Below the pieces are notes generated by a model. The model was not told the DNA's origin. It made no database searches and was given only the letters and a program-made list of their open reading frames with translations. A stretch of DNA of 64,000 nt from Octopus sinensis (taxonomy: Eukaryota), in assembly GCF_006345805.1 (NCBI RefSeq), contig NC_042997.1, forward strand, positions 150,536,001 through 150,600,000, read 5' to 3'. Shown one piece after another: positions 39,743 through 53,453 of this stretch; position 1 is the stretch's first letter, and every line of letters starts with the position of its first letter. A program made the translations under genes and the position numbers.

Positions 39743-41304
39743 CTGTAAATATAAACTTGTTCATAATTAAGAAGAGCATAATACTAAAACATAAATACAA
39801 AATATTTAGCAATTGCTTTGATGATATTTTCTCCATTTGAAATTTTCGTTGATAAAATTGAAGGCGTTGACAAAATAAGGGAAGAACTGCTAAACGGATT
39901 TGTACAAAAATTTAACATACAAAATAATATAATATATTGAACCTGTTTGTTAGATGTAAATATATAGATCGAAACAAGCAGATAACATCACGTTGGTATA
40001 CACCAAAGAATTAAACAAATACATATATCTACAAGGAAATAGTGACTGCACACTCAGTTATAACATATCGACTATAAAATTACTGTTCAGAAGAGTATTT
40101 ATATTCACGTCTAGAAGCAATGTTGTAGATATATGAATTGAAACAATCATCATTTAACACCGATATTTTGTCAGAAGCTGACTACAAAAATAATGCATGA
40201 GATAGAATAGACACAATAAAAATACGCAAACCTAAAATATATACTATTGGAGGAATGATATTTATAATATCTATGGAACAGATGAATTCATAATCCAAAA
40301 CCTCCTAAATTGAAACTCGTAATACATTACACTCAATGTATTATATATAATTCATTGTATGCCCAAAAGTTAAACTTTTGAACACACTACAAACACAGCA
40401 AAAATATAGAAAATGTGCTTATCGATAACAAACCGGAAGCATGTAAAGCACAAAACAATCTTAGAACGGCCAAGGGGACCTATAAATTTCAATATAAAAC
40501 GAAAAGTTGCAAACATCTGTTTTCTAGCAGTTATGTTGGCCATATAAGGAAAAGACTCATCTGGTAGGTCTTTCAAATACTTAGAAGGTGCTATTCAAAA
40601 CCATTACACATCAAAAAGAAAAGTATATTAAAAATACTAACGGTGAATACTTATATACTCCATAAAATCCTACACAAAATGGAAAATGAATCATGGAAGG
40701 CATAATCATATAGCAATACAATGGTAAAATAAACATGTAGACTATTCCCATAAAAACCTCACTTTTTACTGCGACGAGGAATTCAACATGTGGCTGATGA
40801 TCTATAAGGATCATTGTCACAAAAACTTTAGCCGGACAATCAAGAAAATGTCAACTGATATTGAACAAACAACACAGCCAGCGAATATTTTCAACATTTG
40901 AAAATCAGACGACGTTAGCCCGGGACGGTCGAATATGAGATAAGGAATAGTATTGTTTGAAGCAAGACATAAAAAGGCATATAAAGTATTTTCAACGTTA
41001 GCTTCATTTGAATACAACGAACACAACACATAACAAATAATTCATAAAGGAATCGGCGACAGAAAAAATGACGGGAATTTTTACAATATTCCAGCGACGT
41101 TATAAGAAGCAATACAGATGGCAGATGACAAATAGATTAGGTTCTTTAAAACGAGAATGTGAAGGTCTGGAAAAGTCGAATACGAACATAAGAACGTACC
41201 AGACAGATTGTATTAGTAGGAAATGCATCTAATTTTTTTTAAATGTAAAACATTGAAAACCGTCGTATATTTAATGAAAATTATAAAAGGAAAATAGTTA
41301 ATAC

Positions 41305-41357
<53 letters not shown>

Positions 41358-42043
41358 CATACATACAAACACGTACACACACATATATATATTTATATTT
41401 ATAGTGAGAGATTTATGGATATATATATAAATACATATGTATAAGTTTATGCATAAGTATACACATATAATATATATGTATATATACATATATATACATA
41501 TATAAACGTGTATATATATTTTTGTGTGCGTGTGTGTGAGAGTGTGTGTATGTGAGTGTGTGTGTCTATGTGTTTATGTATTCTCTGTGCTTGAGCACAT
41601 TTGCATGTATATGAAAACGCACACATGCACATATACATAAATACATACATATACATATATACATATACAAATTTATATACAAATATATATATTTCTTTAA
41701 TCCACAATATTATATCATATCGAGTTCATGAGAAATGTAATTTGTGTAAAGGAGAAGACTACTCACAAACCATCATAGAAGTTAAAACAAAAATTACCTT
41801 TAACACACATAGGAATACATCACTCTAGACTAGTAATATACAACAAATCTTATTATATTTATGTTTGTCTCCATTTTGCTTTGTTATCGTTTAGTGTTTT
41901 ATGTTTTGGGATGTATTTATTTGTTTTTATTTTTGTTTTCTCAATTTCCACAGTTATGAAGTTCGTGTGGACTGTTCTTTTTCAATCGACCATTAGCAAT
42001 CTATAATCAATATAATTTGATTGTCTTGTATATATTTCTGTTC

Positions 42044-42140
<97 letters not shown>

Positions 42141-43132
42141 ATGTGTGTTTATTTCTGTTTTTTTTTTCTTTAGAAATTCACCATCAGTTAAGTATATCTA
42201 GTGCAAGGAAATGTTCTAGTTCATTACTATGAAACTATAAAAATTTGCATTTACACACTCGCACGCACTTGAACTTACACATAATGTAAAGAAAGTAAAC
42301 ATTAATAAGAAGAGCACAATAAAGACAGTGTGGCAGATAGCATATATATGTATATATGTGTGTGTGTGTGCGAATGTATGTGTGCGTGCGTGTATGCATA
42401 TATATATATGCGTATATATATGTATTTATATATACATACATATATATACATGCATACATTTACATATATACATGTGTATATACAGGCATATATGTATATA
42501 TATATATGTAAATAACATGTGTATGTGCTTGTATATATATATATATTCGTAACTATATATATATAAAACTGTATATATATATATCGATAGGTAGATAGAT
42601 ATGTATATATGTTTGTGTGTTTTTGTGTGTATGTGTATTTGTGTGTGTGCATGTGTGTAGTCGAATGTGTGTGCATCTGTGTGTTTGCGTGCCTCGGCGT
42701 CTTTCTGATGTGTGTGTTTCTACTTCTCTGTCTGAGGCTGATACCGCCCACAAACTAGATTTGATCTCGAAATATACTTCAAAACAACAATATCGACTAA
42801 CTGTCTATTATCAAGTTGGAAATGACTAAATCAATTGGTTGGAAATCGTCAAATTATGCCCTATTCAGTATGGAGTAAGTTTAAATGTCTTAATAAATCG
42901 ATATTCAATTTTTAGTTATTTCACTATTTATTTTCTTGTTACTTTCGATTTCGTATCGTTTATTATATTGCCCATCAATAGCAATATTATTCACTGAGTA
43001 GAGTTATGTGTTTAGTTACAACAATTTCTGAAATTAGAACACACTTTTGAATTCGCGTAAATACATTTCATATGCATAATGCTCCCCCTACACACACATA
43101 TACATATATATGTACGTGTATGTATATATATA

Positions 43133-43202
<70 letters not shown>

Positions 43203-45395
43203 TATATATGTATGTATATATTTGCATGTGTGCATATATACGTGCATACATATATGCATGAAGGCTGCGACTCGAATTCGAGCAATGCCTGACTTACATT
43301 ATGTGTGAGGGTGTATGTTCAATTACGAGCTTGATTGTTCTCTTCAACATGTAAAAGACGTATATCTTTTAGTTCTACTTCAGATTTACATATTTTTCAA
43401 TAGATGTGGCATCGATGGTTATGTTGGGCCAAGCTTTCATTCAATCATAGAAATTTTCATAGACTATTTTTCTTCCTTCGTCATCTACCAGGCTTAATAT
43501 GCATCATATGACGAAGATATCATTCGACATGTTAACAAATAAGCAGCGATGCTTGCGCTTGAAACTTTTTAAAGAGGTGAATACCTTGCAAAGGGCTAAT
43601 GCCATCTATTAATGACGTTTTCTCTTTCTCAAAAAGAACAAATCTCTGTCATTGTATACAAGTGAAGTCGTGTGTATTAAACATAGAATTTTTCCTGAAG
43701 AGAGATGTCTTGACAAAGATTAAGAATCTTTCTTTCCGTCTCAGCTTTTGGATGACCATTGACACTACTGAGTTCATCTGTCACTTCATAGGATGTCCAA
43801 CGCAAAACCTTTTCCTTACTAAGAAATTTCGTTTATTCGGCCGTTTTCTCTTCCCACTACTCGACTATCTAACGAGCTGTACTTGGTTAAATGTTATCAG
43901 TAGCATGTCGCGCACACACACACACACACACACATACACACACAAAGATATATATATATATATGCGTGCCTCAGTTTGTTTTTGATTTTGAGTTTTGTCT
44001 AAATGTGTGATCGTGTACCTGTGTGTGCGTATCCTTAGTTGGGTGATCATTTTAACTTTTCTCTATAGAAGCAGAATATAAAGAAATACACCTAAAAAAA
44101 AAAAAACACTAATCAAGAACGGTTTTCTTCCATACTGGTATTCAAACAGATACAAACTTGCACCTCACGACAACTACCGAATAATGTTGAACAAAACTGC
44201 TCTCGCTTCTAATGTTTGTTAATATGAAGGCACAGCAAAATTTACGTGCATACATTTTTTCAATCTTCCTGGTGTGTGTACAAAAGTTTAAAACCATCAT
44301 AATTTTATTAATCATGGCAATTTTCCACCACTGTTTTCAATCTTCCCTGATCGCTACTCATGGAAAATAATGTTCTAACAGGCTACGAAAGCAAGTGAAA
44401 GAAAAGTTTAGCCACGAGCCCTATATAATGGCTTCAAATTTTGGTACAGTCCCAGCAAGACCAGGGGAAAATATAAGGCGATTACATCGACCCTAATTTA
44501 CAACTGGTATTCGTATAATCGACTCCCAAAGGTCGACCTCGTTTGAATCGAAAGTCTACATAATACATTAGCTAATACACACTTAATATACTCCAATACT
44601 AACCTTGTATGAATTGTATTATATGAATCAAGTAAATACTGACAATGGAATATACCGAAACATTATAGAATCTTCATAAAACACAACAGGAAATATTTCA
44701 TACCAAGCCTTAGTCAATTGAACATTACACATTACAAAAACACCAGAAATTTTCTTTTATTCTTATGAATTTGAAAACATACAACATATAATGTGTGTGA
44801 TTTATATATTCAATTGAATATGTGAAAAATGAAAACTTAAGATTTTATGTGCATTTTGGCCCGTATAGGTCCGTCACTGTTCGGCAGACGCACTAATGCA
44901 GTGCACTCTAGAAAAGAGGGCATATGAACTAAACAAAAGCATCTTAGAAGGCACCAAATATTCACAGCAGAGTATTCCACACAAAATTAGACGATTAATG
45001 GTGGAAGTTAGGCTCATAAAACAGCATATTGCCAAACAAATACCCATAAAACATGTTAGTCGCAAAGAAAAAAATTACAGAAAAAGATTCACGTAAAATC
45101 TGAAGATAAGAAAACATTAAATTTTTGTTGCATTGTTTAAGTCTTTCTCATTGCTTCTGTCTACAAAAACTAACAGCATTACACAAATATTCTTACATCA
45201 AAAAGACGGTCTGCTAGAAATGCTGATAGTGGATTTAAGAATACTAGGGTTCCTTACAAAAGAAGTTAAAGAAAGTATAAAACTTTGATAAAATTATGAA
45301 GCCAAATTGCAAACGCGTACACAATGCAGTATACATGCATATACACATGCAAATACGCACATACATATGCTTACACACAGATATACAATATATTT

Positions 45396-45766
45396 GTTGC
45401 ACAAAGTCTGTTACGACGACGATGGTTCCAGTTGATCCGATCCACGGAACAGCCTGCTCGTGAAATTAACGTGCGTGTGGATGAGCACTCCACAGACGTG
45501 TGTAACCCTAACGTAGTTCTCGGGGATATTCAGCGTAACAAAAAGCGACAAGGCTGGCCCTTTGGAATACAGGTACAACAGAAACAAGAAGAAATGGTGA
45601 GAAGTTGTGGTGAAAGTGTACAGCAGGGTTCCCACCACCTCCTGCCGGAGCCTCGTGGAGCTTTAAGTATTTTCACTCAATAAACTCTCACAACGCCCGA
45701 TCTGGGTATGGAAACCGCAATCCTACGACCACGAGTCCGCTGCCCTAACCTCTGGGTCATTGCGCC
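45396..45766 (-). mobile_element. Full-length tRNA-derived SINE family B
   Basis: Head ggcgcaatgacccagaggttagggcagcggactcgtggtcgtaggattgcggtttc. The 5' half recurs at 46887-47045; the 3' part is shared with family C. Confidence 0.85.
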
Positions 45767-46423
45767 ACCACACAGATATACATACAGTCACTTAGAATGA
45801 ACACAGTCGAAAATATCTTAGAGATAGCAAAGATGCAAGGAATTTATCATATTTACAGATGTGGGTTCGTGCCCCACAGATATTCATCAACAATGTTTTT
45901 ATATTAAAAGCGTTTTTTAGCCCTACATTCTAGGCACTATTATTCATGAACTTTGTCTACTTCGATTGTTTGTTAAAAAGCAAGAAACGTTTTTCCTACT
46001 TCGCAAAGTTTCTAAATTATTATGACGCAATAAGCAAACAATGTTTTAAGCAATTTAGTGCGCTTTCTGTAAAAATATAAATAGATATTTCACTTCAAAT
46101 TGTGAAAGACATATATGAATAATTCAACAGTCTCTGACGATGAAAATTCATATTTACTGCTATTTCAAACCAATATTCATTCATAAGTATAATTACATAC
46201 GGGTGGTGCCAAAATGTTATCTCTCCACCTTGTTCGAAACAGCAAAATGATGCATTTGAAACTTTATCCTACTTCATTGTGTCAGTATAACATTATACAT
46301 GCATATCATTCCATCATGTATCTGAGCAATCATATCTAAGTTCGAATGTAAATGTAAAATCTAATATAACAGTAGATAAACAAAGATATTTATGTATATA
46401 TATATATAATATATATATATATA

Positions 46424-46726
46424 TATACATAAGTTATTAGAGAGTTAACCACTATGTGGATAACTCTAGTGCTAAAAATAGCCCCGATATTACAGCCACA
46501 TCTGCTGATGATTTATAGATGTTTATGTAAGTAAAATTACATATTACATTAGGAATGAAACAGTTTGTTCAGGGTCAATCTATTTATTCGTTATATTTCA
46601 CTTTCCTTCCGTTAAATGTATGTTATTTCTAATTGGAAACATCTTTTTCTGTGGCTGTACTATCGGGGCTATTTTTAGCACTAGAGTTATCCACATAGTA
46701 GTTAACTCTCTAATAATTTATGTATA
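46424..46726. mobile_element. 303-bp foldback MITE with 77-bp terminal inverted repeats
   Basis: 46424-46500 versus the reverse complement of 46650-46726: 3 mismatches in 77 bp; 149-bp spacer; TA at both ends. Confidence 0.85.
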
Positions 46727-46814
46727 AATTTGTATTTTCTCCGTAGTTTTTTGTGCTAAGCCACTCGGTGTTAAATTAATGCTATTATTAAATTAATATC
46801 AATTTTTCACCCTC

Positions 46815-46886
<72 letters not shown>

Positions 46887-47045
46887 AAGTGTTGTGAAAG
46901 TGTACAGCAGGGATTGCCACCACCCCCTGCCGGAGCCCCGTGGAGCTTTAGGTCTTTTCGCGCAATACACACCCATAACGCTTGTCTGAGAATCGAAACC
47001 GCGATCCTACGAACACGAGTTCGCTGCCCTAACCACTGGGCCATA
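46887..47045 (-). mobile_element. 5' half of SINE family B
   Basis: tggcccagtggttagggcagcgaactcg...ggtttcgattc head; collinear with 45600-45766. Confidence 0.85.
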
Positions 47046-47080
47046 TTGAAAGCGTGTTATACACCCACCCCCACACACAG

Positions 47081-47180
<100 letters not shown>

Positions 47181-47264
47181 TGCCACTTAAATCTGAACAC
47201 TACTATAGAAATATTCCTTTAAAAAAACTTTTCTTCTAATTTTTCTAAATTTAATTATTTAATC

Positions 47265-47310
47265 GTTACAGTTGAAAAGGTCTCAAAATGACCGAAACCG
47301 GTACTGAAAT
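47265..47310 (+). ncRNA. Decayed minimal type-I hammerhead ribozyme fold (Penelope-like remnant)
   Basis: ttaCAG-TTGAAAA-GGTC tcaaaat GACC-GAA-AC cg GT-A-CTGaaa: stems I, II and III are intact, with two transitions in the CUGANGA core. Confidence 0.5.
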
Positions 47311-47355
47311 GTTCACTATAAAATTATTTTAGCATTTTCTATTTTTGACTTGTTT

Positions 47356-47437
<82 letters not shown>

Positions 47438-48365
47438 ATATGGCATGGAATAAGACAAAATTTGAAGAGCAAACAATACCAGATTTACATCTTGTTATTT
47501 ATTACTAGAAATTCAACATTGGTTGAATTATGTTTAATGTAACGAGTGGAGTTATAATGGTGAAACGTACAGTAGGCTATAGCGTCCATCTTTCCCCCAA
47601 TCAAAGATAGAGGGAAAGATAGGCGCAGCAGAATCTCTGGACCAGAAAGCCGAAGAAGATATGATCACATTCTCGATGTCATATCGACATAGTGTTAATG
47701 TGAGCACTCCGGCGAACGTTGGTTTCCCCGTTAAACTTCATTTTGATAATATTTCAAGCTATGAGGAGGACTCCTGGTGTAAAAGTCTGTGGATATTTTC
47801 TAATGTGGATGAGACGTATAATTACATCGACTAGCATAGTGATAATTTTCCCCATCGAATTCTATCATAGTTATTGCACTGGAGTTCAATTCGTTCACAT
47901 ACGACCTTGAGTTGTGCAACAGATTAATCTCCAGAAAATTATAGCAGAAGAGTTTTAACATTTTCAATGTCATTCATATTAATTGTAAATAGAAGTGAAG
48001 CCACATGAATTCTTTAGAGGGGAATATTAATGATTTTGGCTGATTTTGATAAATTCCATTGAACGGAACATGTTTGCTATTGCGACATGTGATCAAATGT
48101 AAAGTATTTCACATTCCAATGTTAGGTATCTTCAGAAGGGTGTTGCTCTCGAATCTTTAGAAAGCTCTACTCAATTCAAATTAAAGGTCATCTATGTTTG
48201 TGTCCTTCACCTAGATGAACTTTCTAATACTGTTAGGGCTTGGTTTCTGCATTTGCAAGCATGAGTCCTTATCAAATTGCCAAATTGTTGTATACAGGAA
48301 GATGGATTGTGAGTGAAGGAGTAGGTCCGTATTCCTGTCCCATTTAATGACGTTGCGATTCATAT

Positions 48366-48673
48366 CGTAGTGTGGCTTAATGGTCAGGATGTTCGGCTCA
48401 CGATTGTAAGGTCGTGAGTTCAAGTCTCAACGACGCGTTGTGTCCTTGAGCAATATACTTTATCACACGTTGCTCCAGTCCACTCAACTGATAAAAAAGA
48501 GGTATACCTGTAATTCAAATGGTCAGCCTTGTCACAATCTACGTCAGGTTGAATCTCTCTGAGAACAACGTTAAGCGTACACGTGTCTGTGGAGTGCTAA
48601 GTTACTTTCAAGAGTAAGCTATTTCGCTGATCGGTTCAACTGGTGTACTCGTCGTCGTAACCGACGGACTGCC
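48366..48673 (+). mobile_element. tRNA-derived SINE family C
   Basis: Head gtggcttaatggtcagg...gtgagttcaagtc, core gttgtgtccttgagcaa; 3' gtgtctgtggagtgct...tcgtcgtcgtaacc is shared with family B. Confidence 0.8.
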
Positions 48674-49816
48674 AGATCAATGTTGTCAGATGTTTGCAGT
48701 GGAGGCTCCCATGCATGCTGTTTGCTGTGCCTCGTTGACCCAAGCACGAGTTAAGAGAAAAACAAAAGGAAACTAAACAATTTGAAACGTCTCTCTACTT
48801 CTGCTTTTTCTGATATTTAGAAGCAAAGGACAGATTTCAGAGTAAGCATAGCCCATTCTACAAAGAAAAGTTTAGTGAAGCCAATTATAAAAAATGTTAC
48901 CAGAGTAGTATTACTGGATGAACCTTTCAATGTTTTGAACCCACGCTATAGAGCACTGTACATGCGCTTGAGGCGATCTGTGAAGCCCAATTGCAGACGA
49001 GTCATTTGATTTGTGTGTATACAGATACTGATTTGCAGTAACTCTTGGAAAATATTGCTTTTACATTTGTGGCAAGGAAGCGTAGATGTAAATAAGAACT
49101 CGTCCCTTCCTTCAGCCGCTATAATTTCCCCAAGTGGTGGTGAAGTCTTTCATTTTAGCATTAGTGTCTATGTGAATTTTGGTGTGGTGGTTTTAGATTC
49201 AGATGAAGGAAAGGATTGGGTGGACTTCTAAGAAATCCAGCACTTCCTGTTTGGAATATTCCTCCACCTACTCCCTGAGCCAAATGCAAATAGTAACAAC
49301 TGAAACTTAGAATCGATTGGAACGAAAGCCAATAGGAAGTAACAAAGGTTTTAGTCAAGCACTACGTTTCTTAGATTCGGTTCTACTACGCAGATATTTA
49401 TAATAAAGGCATTCATTATAATTATGAGTTAATTTTTTATCATCAATTCTTCTCCTCTTTTCTGTGTAGTAAGACTTTTTCCTTAGTGTTGTATTGAGTT
49501 CTTTCATTCTTTGCCACTACTTAATTCTATATTTTTAATTTTCGTTTCATCAAACCTTTATTTTCTTTAGCGTTCTTACTTCTCTTTCATTCCTTCATAT
49601 TTCTTTCCTTCCTTCTTTCTTTCTTACTTTCTTCCTACCTTCCATTCTCCCGTCTTTCCTTCCTTATTTTTCATTCTATCTTACAATGTTTGTCTTACAC
49701 TTTTTTCTCATTCATATAAATTTTATATTGTTCTTGTAACCACAACAAGTAAAACCGTTGAAACAAAAAAGGGGAATTATTTATTTAAGGAGTTTGAACT
49801 GAGAGCGTGATTGTAG

Positions 49817-49865
<49 letters not shown>

Positions 49866-49939
49866 ATATAATTTTATATATGTATATGTATATATCAAAG
49901 TATATACATACATATATATACGCATATATATATATATAC

Positions 49940-49974
<35 letters not shown>

Positions 49975-50336
49975 TGAGAGAGAGGAAGGGAGAGATAGAG
50001 ATAATATCATATAATGTATATACATTCCAAAGTCAAAAGAAAAATGACAAACAGTTTTATCTCAGGAAAATTAAATTATAAAGTAAATTTCCTTGGTTTT
50101 ATAGAAAGGAAATACCAAATAGCACACAAACAAGAACAACATTTAGAAAAAAAAAAGACAAAAGAAATTTATATCAAATACAACTAACAACTGAAACAAA
50201 ATAGATGATCGATTTCACAAAAGTAAAGAGAAATCAACAACGTGATGCTGCACTCGAAGCTGAAGTAGTTGACTCAAGACTGAAGATTTACGAATCTTGA
50301 GCAAGATTGAAATATTTTCGTGAAGTAGGAAGAAGA

Positions 50337-50587
50337 CAATTATTGAACCTGATAACCGATTCGCAAGCAGAACATTCTGCAAGGAGTATTGCAAGTAGTG
50401 TTAGTTCTGAGAATAGTGATAGGAGGGCAAGTTATGCAAAGATGGCTGCTAATTTAGAAGATGTACGTGTACCATCGAGTGTTAACGTAGCATCTGCTTC
50501 ATAAGAGGTTATTAGTAATGCTTGTTGAAATGTCGGTAGAGGCTCTCGTGTGACTGAGGGTACAAATATTTCTAGTGGAGCAAGGGG
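50337..50587 (+). repeat. Inverted copy of a roughly 250-bp block also at 51457-51701 and 52058-52301
   Basis: The same peptide, ITDSQAEHSA.SIASSVSSENSDRRASYAKMAANLEDVRVPSSVNVASA, occurs on + at 50307 and on - at 51540; only a handful of substitutions. Confidence 0.95.
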
Positions 50588-51096
50588 TTATAAGCACGGA
50601 AAAGGATCAAAGAAAAAAGAATAAAACAGAAAAGAAATACATCAAGTAGAGAAATAAAAGAAGTGAATCTTATAAAAACCCGCTGGATAATGATTTTTAA
50701 ATTCTAGGTGAAATATCGAGATATGGGTTGCAGGGTAACTGCAAAGTTCCTTGAAACTTCGTAGTATTACTTGTTTAGGAAATACACGGACATTTATTCG
50801 ATAGATTCTGAGTAATCTAAAAGGGTTAAAACATTTCTGTGATACAAGTATAACACATATTACTTGCTTGCGAAGTCAGAGGAGTGGCATTATTCGAAAG
50901 CTTTAAAGACTATTGAAAAAGTTGCAAGACGCAACGAAAATTTAAAAAAAATAAAAATAAGAATTATGTGGAAATTTTACCGGTGAGTGTGTTACATTGT
51001 ACGGTACAAAAAGAAAATGGTTCTCCCCAGACACAACAGAATATGCTTCAACACACGAAATAATATAAAGAATCTTTGCAAACCAACTCCCAAAAC

Positions 51097-51171
<75 letters not shown>

Positions 51172-51307
51172 AAACATTACGTTATATAATTAGGGTTCAG
51201 TAAAATAATTTACTTTACCACACAACGAACTTTTAGAAATAGCAGTGTGTGTGGTAATGTAAATTAATTAATTAATAATTAATTAGTTTTACCCTTTTAT
51301 TATTGCT

Positions 51308-51338
<31 letters not shown>

Positions 51339-51345
51339 GTATGTA

Positions 51346-51436
<91 letters not shown>

Positions 51437-51441
<5 letters not shown>

Positions 51442-52002
51442 ATGTATATGTATATACCCCTTGCTCCACTAGAAATATTTGTACCCTCAGTCATACGAGA
51501 GCCTCTACCGACATTTCAACAAGCGTTACTAATAACCTCTTATGTAGCAGAAGCTACGTTAACACTCGATGGTACACGTACATCTTCTAAATTAGCAGCC
51601 ATCTTTGCATAACTTGCCCTCCTATCACTATTCTCAGAACTAACACTACTTGCAATACTCATTGCAGAATGTTCTGCTTGCGAATCGGTTATCAATAATT
51701 GATAAGGGGCAACAACCCTGAAACATGTCTGTAGCTGTCTGACTGGCAGGATGAAGCGGCTGACCTTCCTTGTTCGAAGGTTTGTAATGGACGCAGGTTC
51801 GTGTGTCAAATACATAGCTTGAGGCGATGGCCTCTTGGAGCTAATCAGACTGCCATATTGGTATGACTGCCATATTGGTATGACTGCCATATTGGTATGG
51901 CGATAACTATTAATATATATTTATATATATATATATATACATATATATACATATATATATATAATATGAACGTATATGCGTGAACCTAATATGTATAATA
52001 TG

Positions 52003-52033
<31 letters not shown>

Positions 52034-52596
52034 TGTGTGTGTATGTATATGTATATACCCCTTGCTCCACTAGAAATATTTGTACCCTCAGTCATACGAG
52101 AGCCTCTACCGACATTTCAACAAGCGTTACTAATAACCTCTTATGTAGCAGAAGCTACGTTAACACTCGATGGTACACGTACATCTTCTAATTAGCAGCC
52201 ATCTTTGCATAACTTGCCCTCCTATCACTATTCTCAGAACTAACACTACTTGCAATACTCATTGCAGAATGTTCTGCTGCGAATCGGTTATCAATAATTG
52301 ATAAGGGGCAACAACCCTGAAACATGTCTGTAGCTGTCTGACTGGCAGGATGAAGCGGCTGACCTTCCTTGTTCGAAGGTTTGTAATGGACGCAGGTTCG
52401 TGTGTCAAATACATAGCTTGAGGCGATGGCCTCTTGGAGCTAATCAGACTGCCATATTGGTATGACTGCCATATTGGTATGACTGCCATATTGGTATGGC
52501 GATAACTATTAATATATATTTATATATATATATATATACATATATATACATATATATATATAATATGAACGTATATGCGTGAACCTAATATGTATA

Positions 52597-52630
<34 letters not shown>
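51437..52630. repeat. Near-identical tandem duplication with a period of about 601 bp
   Basis: ccccttgctccactagaaat starts at 51457 and 52058. Each unit contains 3x gactgccatattggtat (17 bp) and TA/TG tracts. Confidence 0.95.
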
Positions 52631-52634
<4 letters not shown>

Positions 52635-53275
52635 ATGTATATAGTGTTGTGCACCATATGTCTGAAAATGTATATTATACGGGTGCACAGTTCGCATTAG
52701 AATCTCATACAGATAATTGTTTCCATATTGTCACGACTGGGCTTCCTTACCCTTGATGGAGCTGATGGAAAGTATTGTAATACCTTGTTATCACACATGT
52801 TTATCAGGAATGGTGATATCCCTGACACTGCGCTCCAGTTATTAGTTATGATATACTTGCGTCGTCTGAGGGAGATTTGACTGCTATTTCTAGATTTTCA
52901 AGGGACGATGTTGCATCGCAAGTGCCATTTATTAGCTGGTGTTGAAGATGTAGTCTCATGTGGATGATAATAGCATCGCTTTCTCACCTGTCACTTTATT
53001 TTAGCTATTCTAACACCTATTCTCTTTGCACTAACTTGATAATTCGCAAGTTAAAACGTCGTATTGTTTACAGGTTATTTTACTCTAATACATTTATTGA
53101 CCTAAAACATAATTACACATCCTTGCGCATACGCACACAAACACGTCAACGGAAATGTACATACACATACGCGCACACACGCACATAAACAGACACGCAC
53201 ATATGCATATATTTGTGTATATGTTAGCATACGTTCGCGTCAATTAAGCTAACTTTCATACATTGTCGCTGTATA

Positions 53276-53312
<37 letters not shown>

Positions 53313-53453
53313 ACCATTTACACTGTGACAGTAAAGTTGTGTGGTGGTAGGAAAAAAAGGAAGTAGGCGATTGCGATGCATTTCATTGATTTCATCTGGA
53401 GGAAATTCGAGAAATCACTAAGAATTTTAAAAACGCAGATTGCATTATTAAGA

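Noticed and set aside
40370-41170. Run of hydrophobic or LRR-like minus-strand ORFs
   Set aside because: The T-rich strand bias gives F/L/I-rich peptides; no consistent LxxLxLxxN register and no clean splice path.
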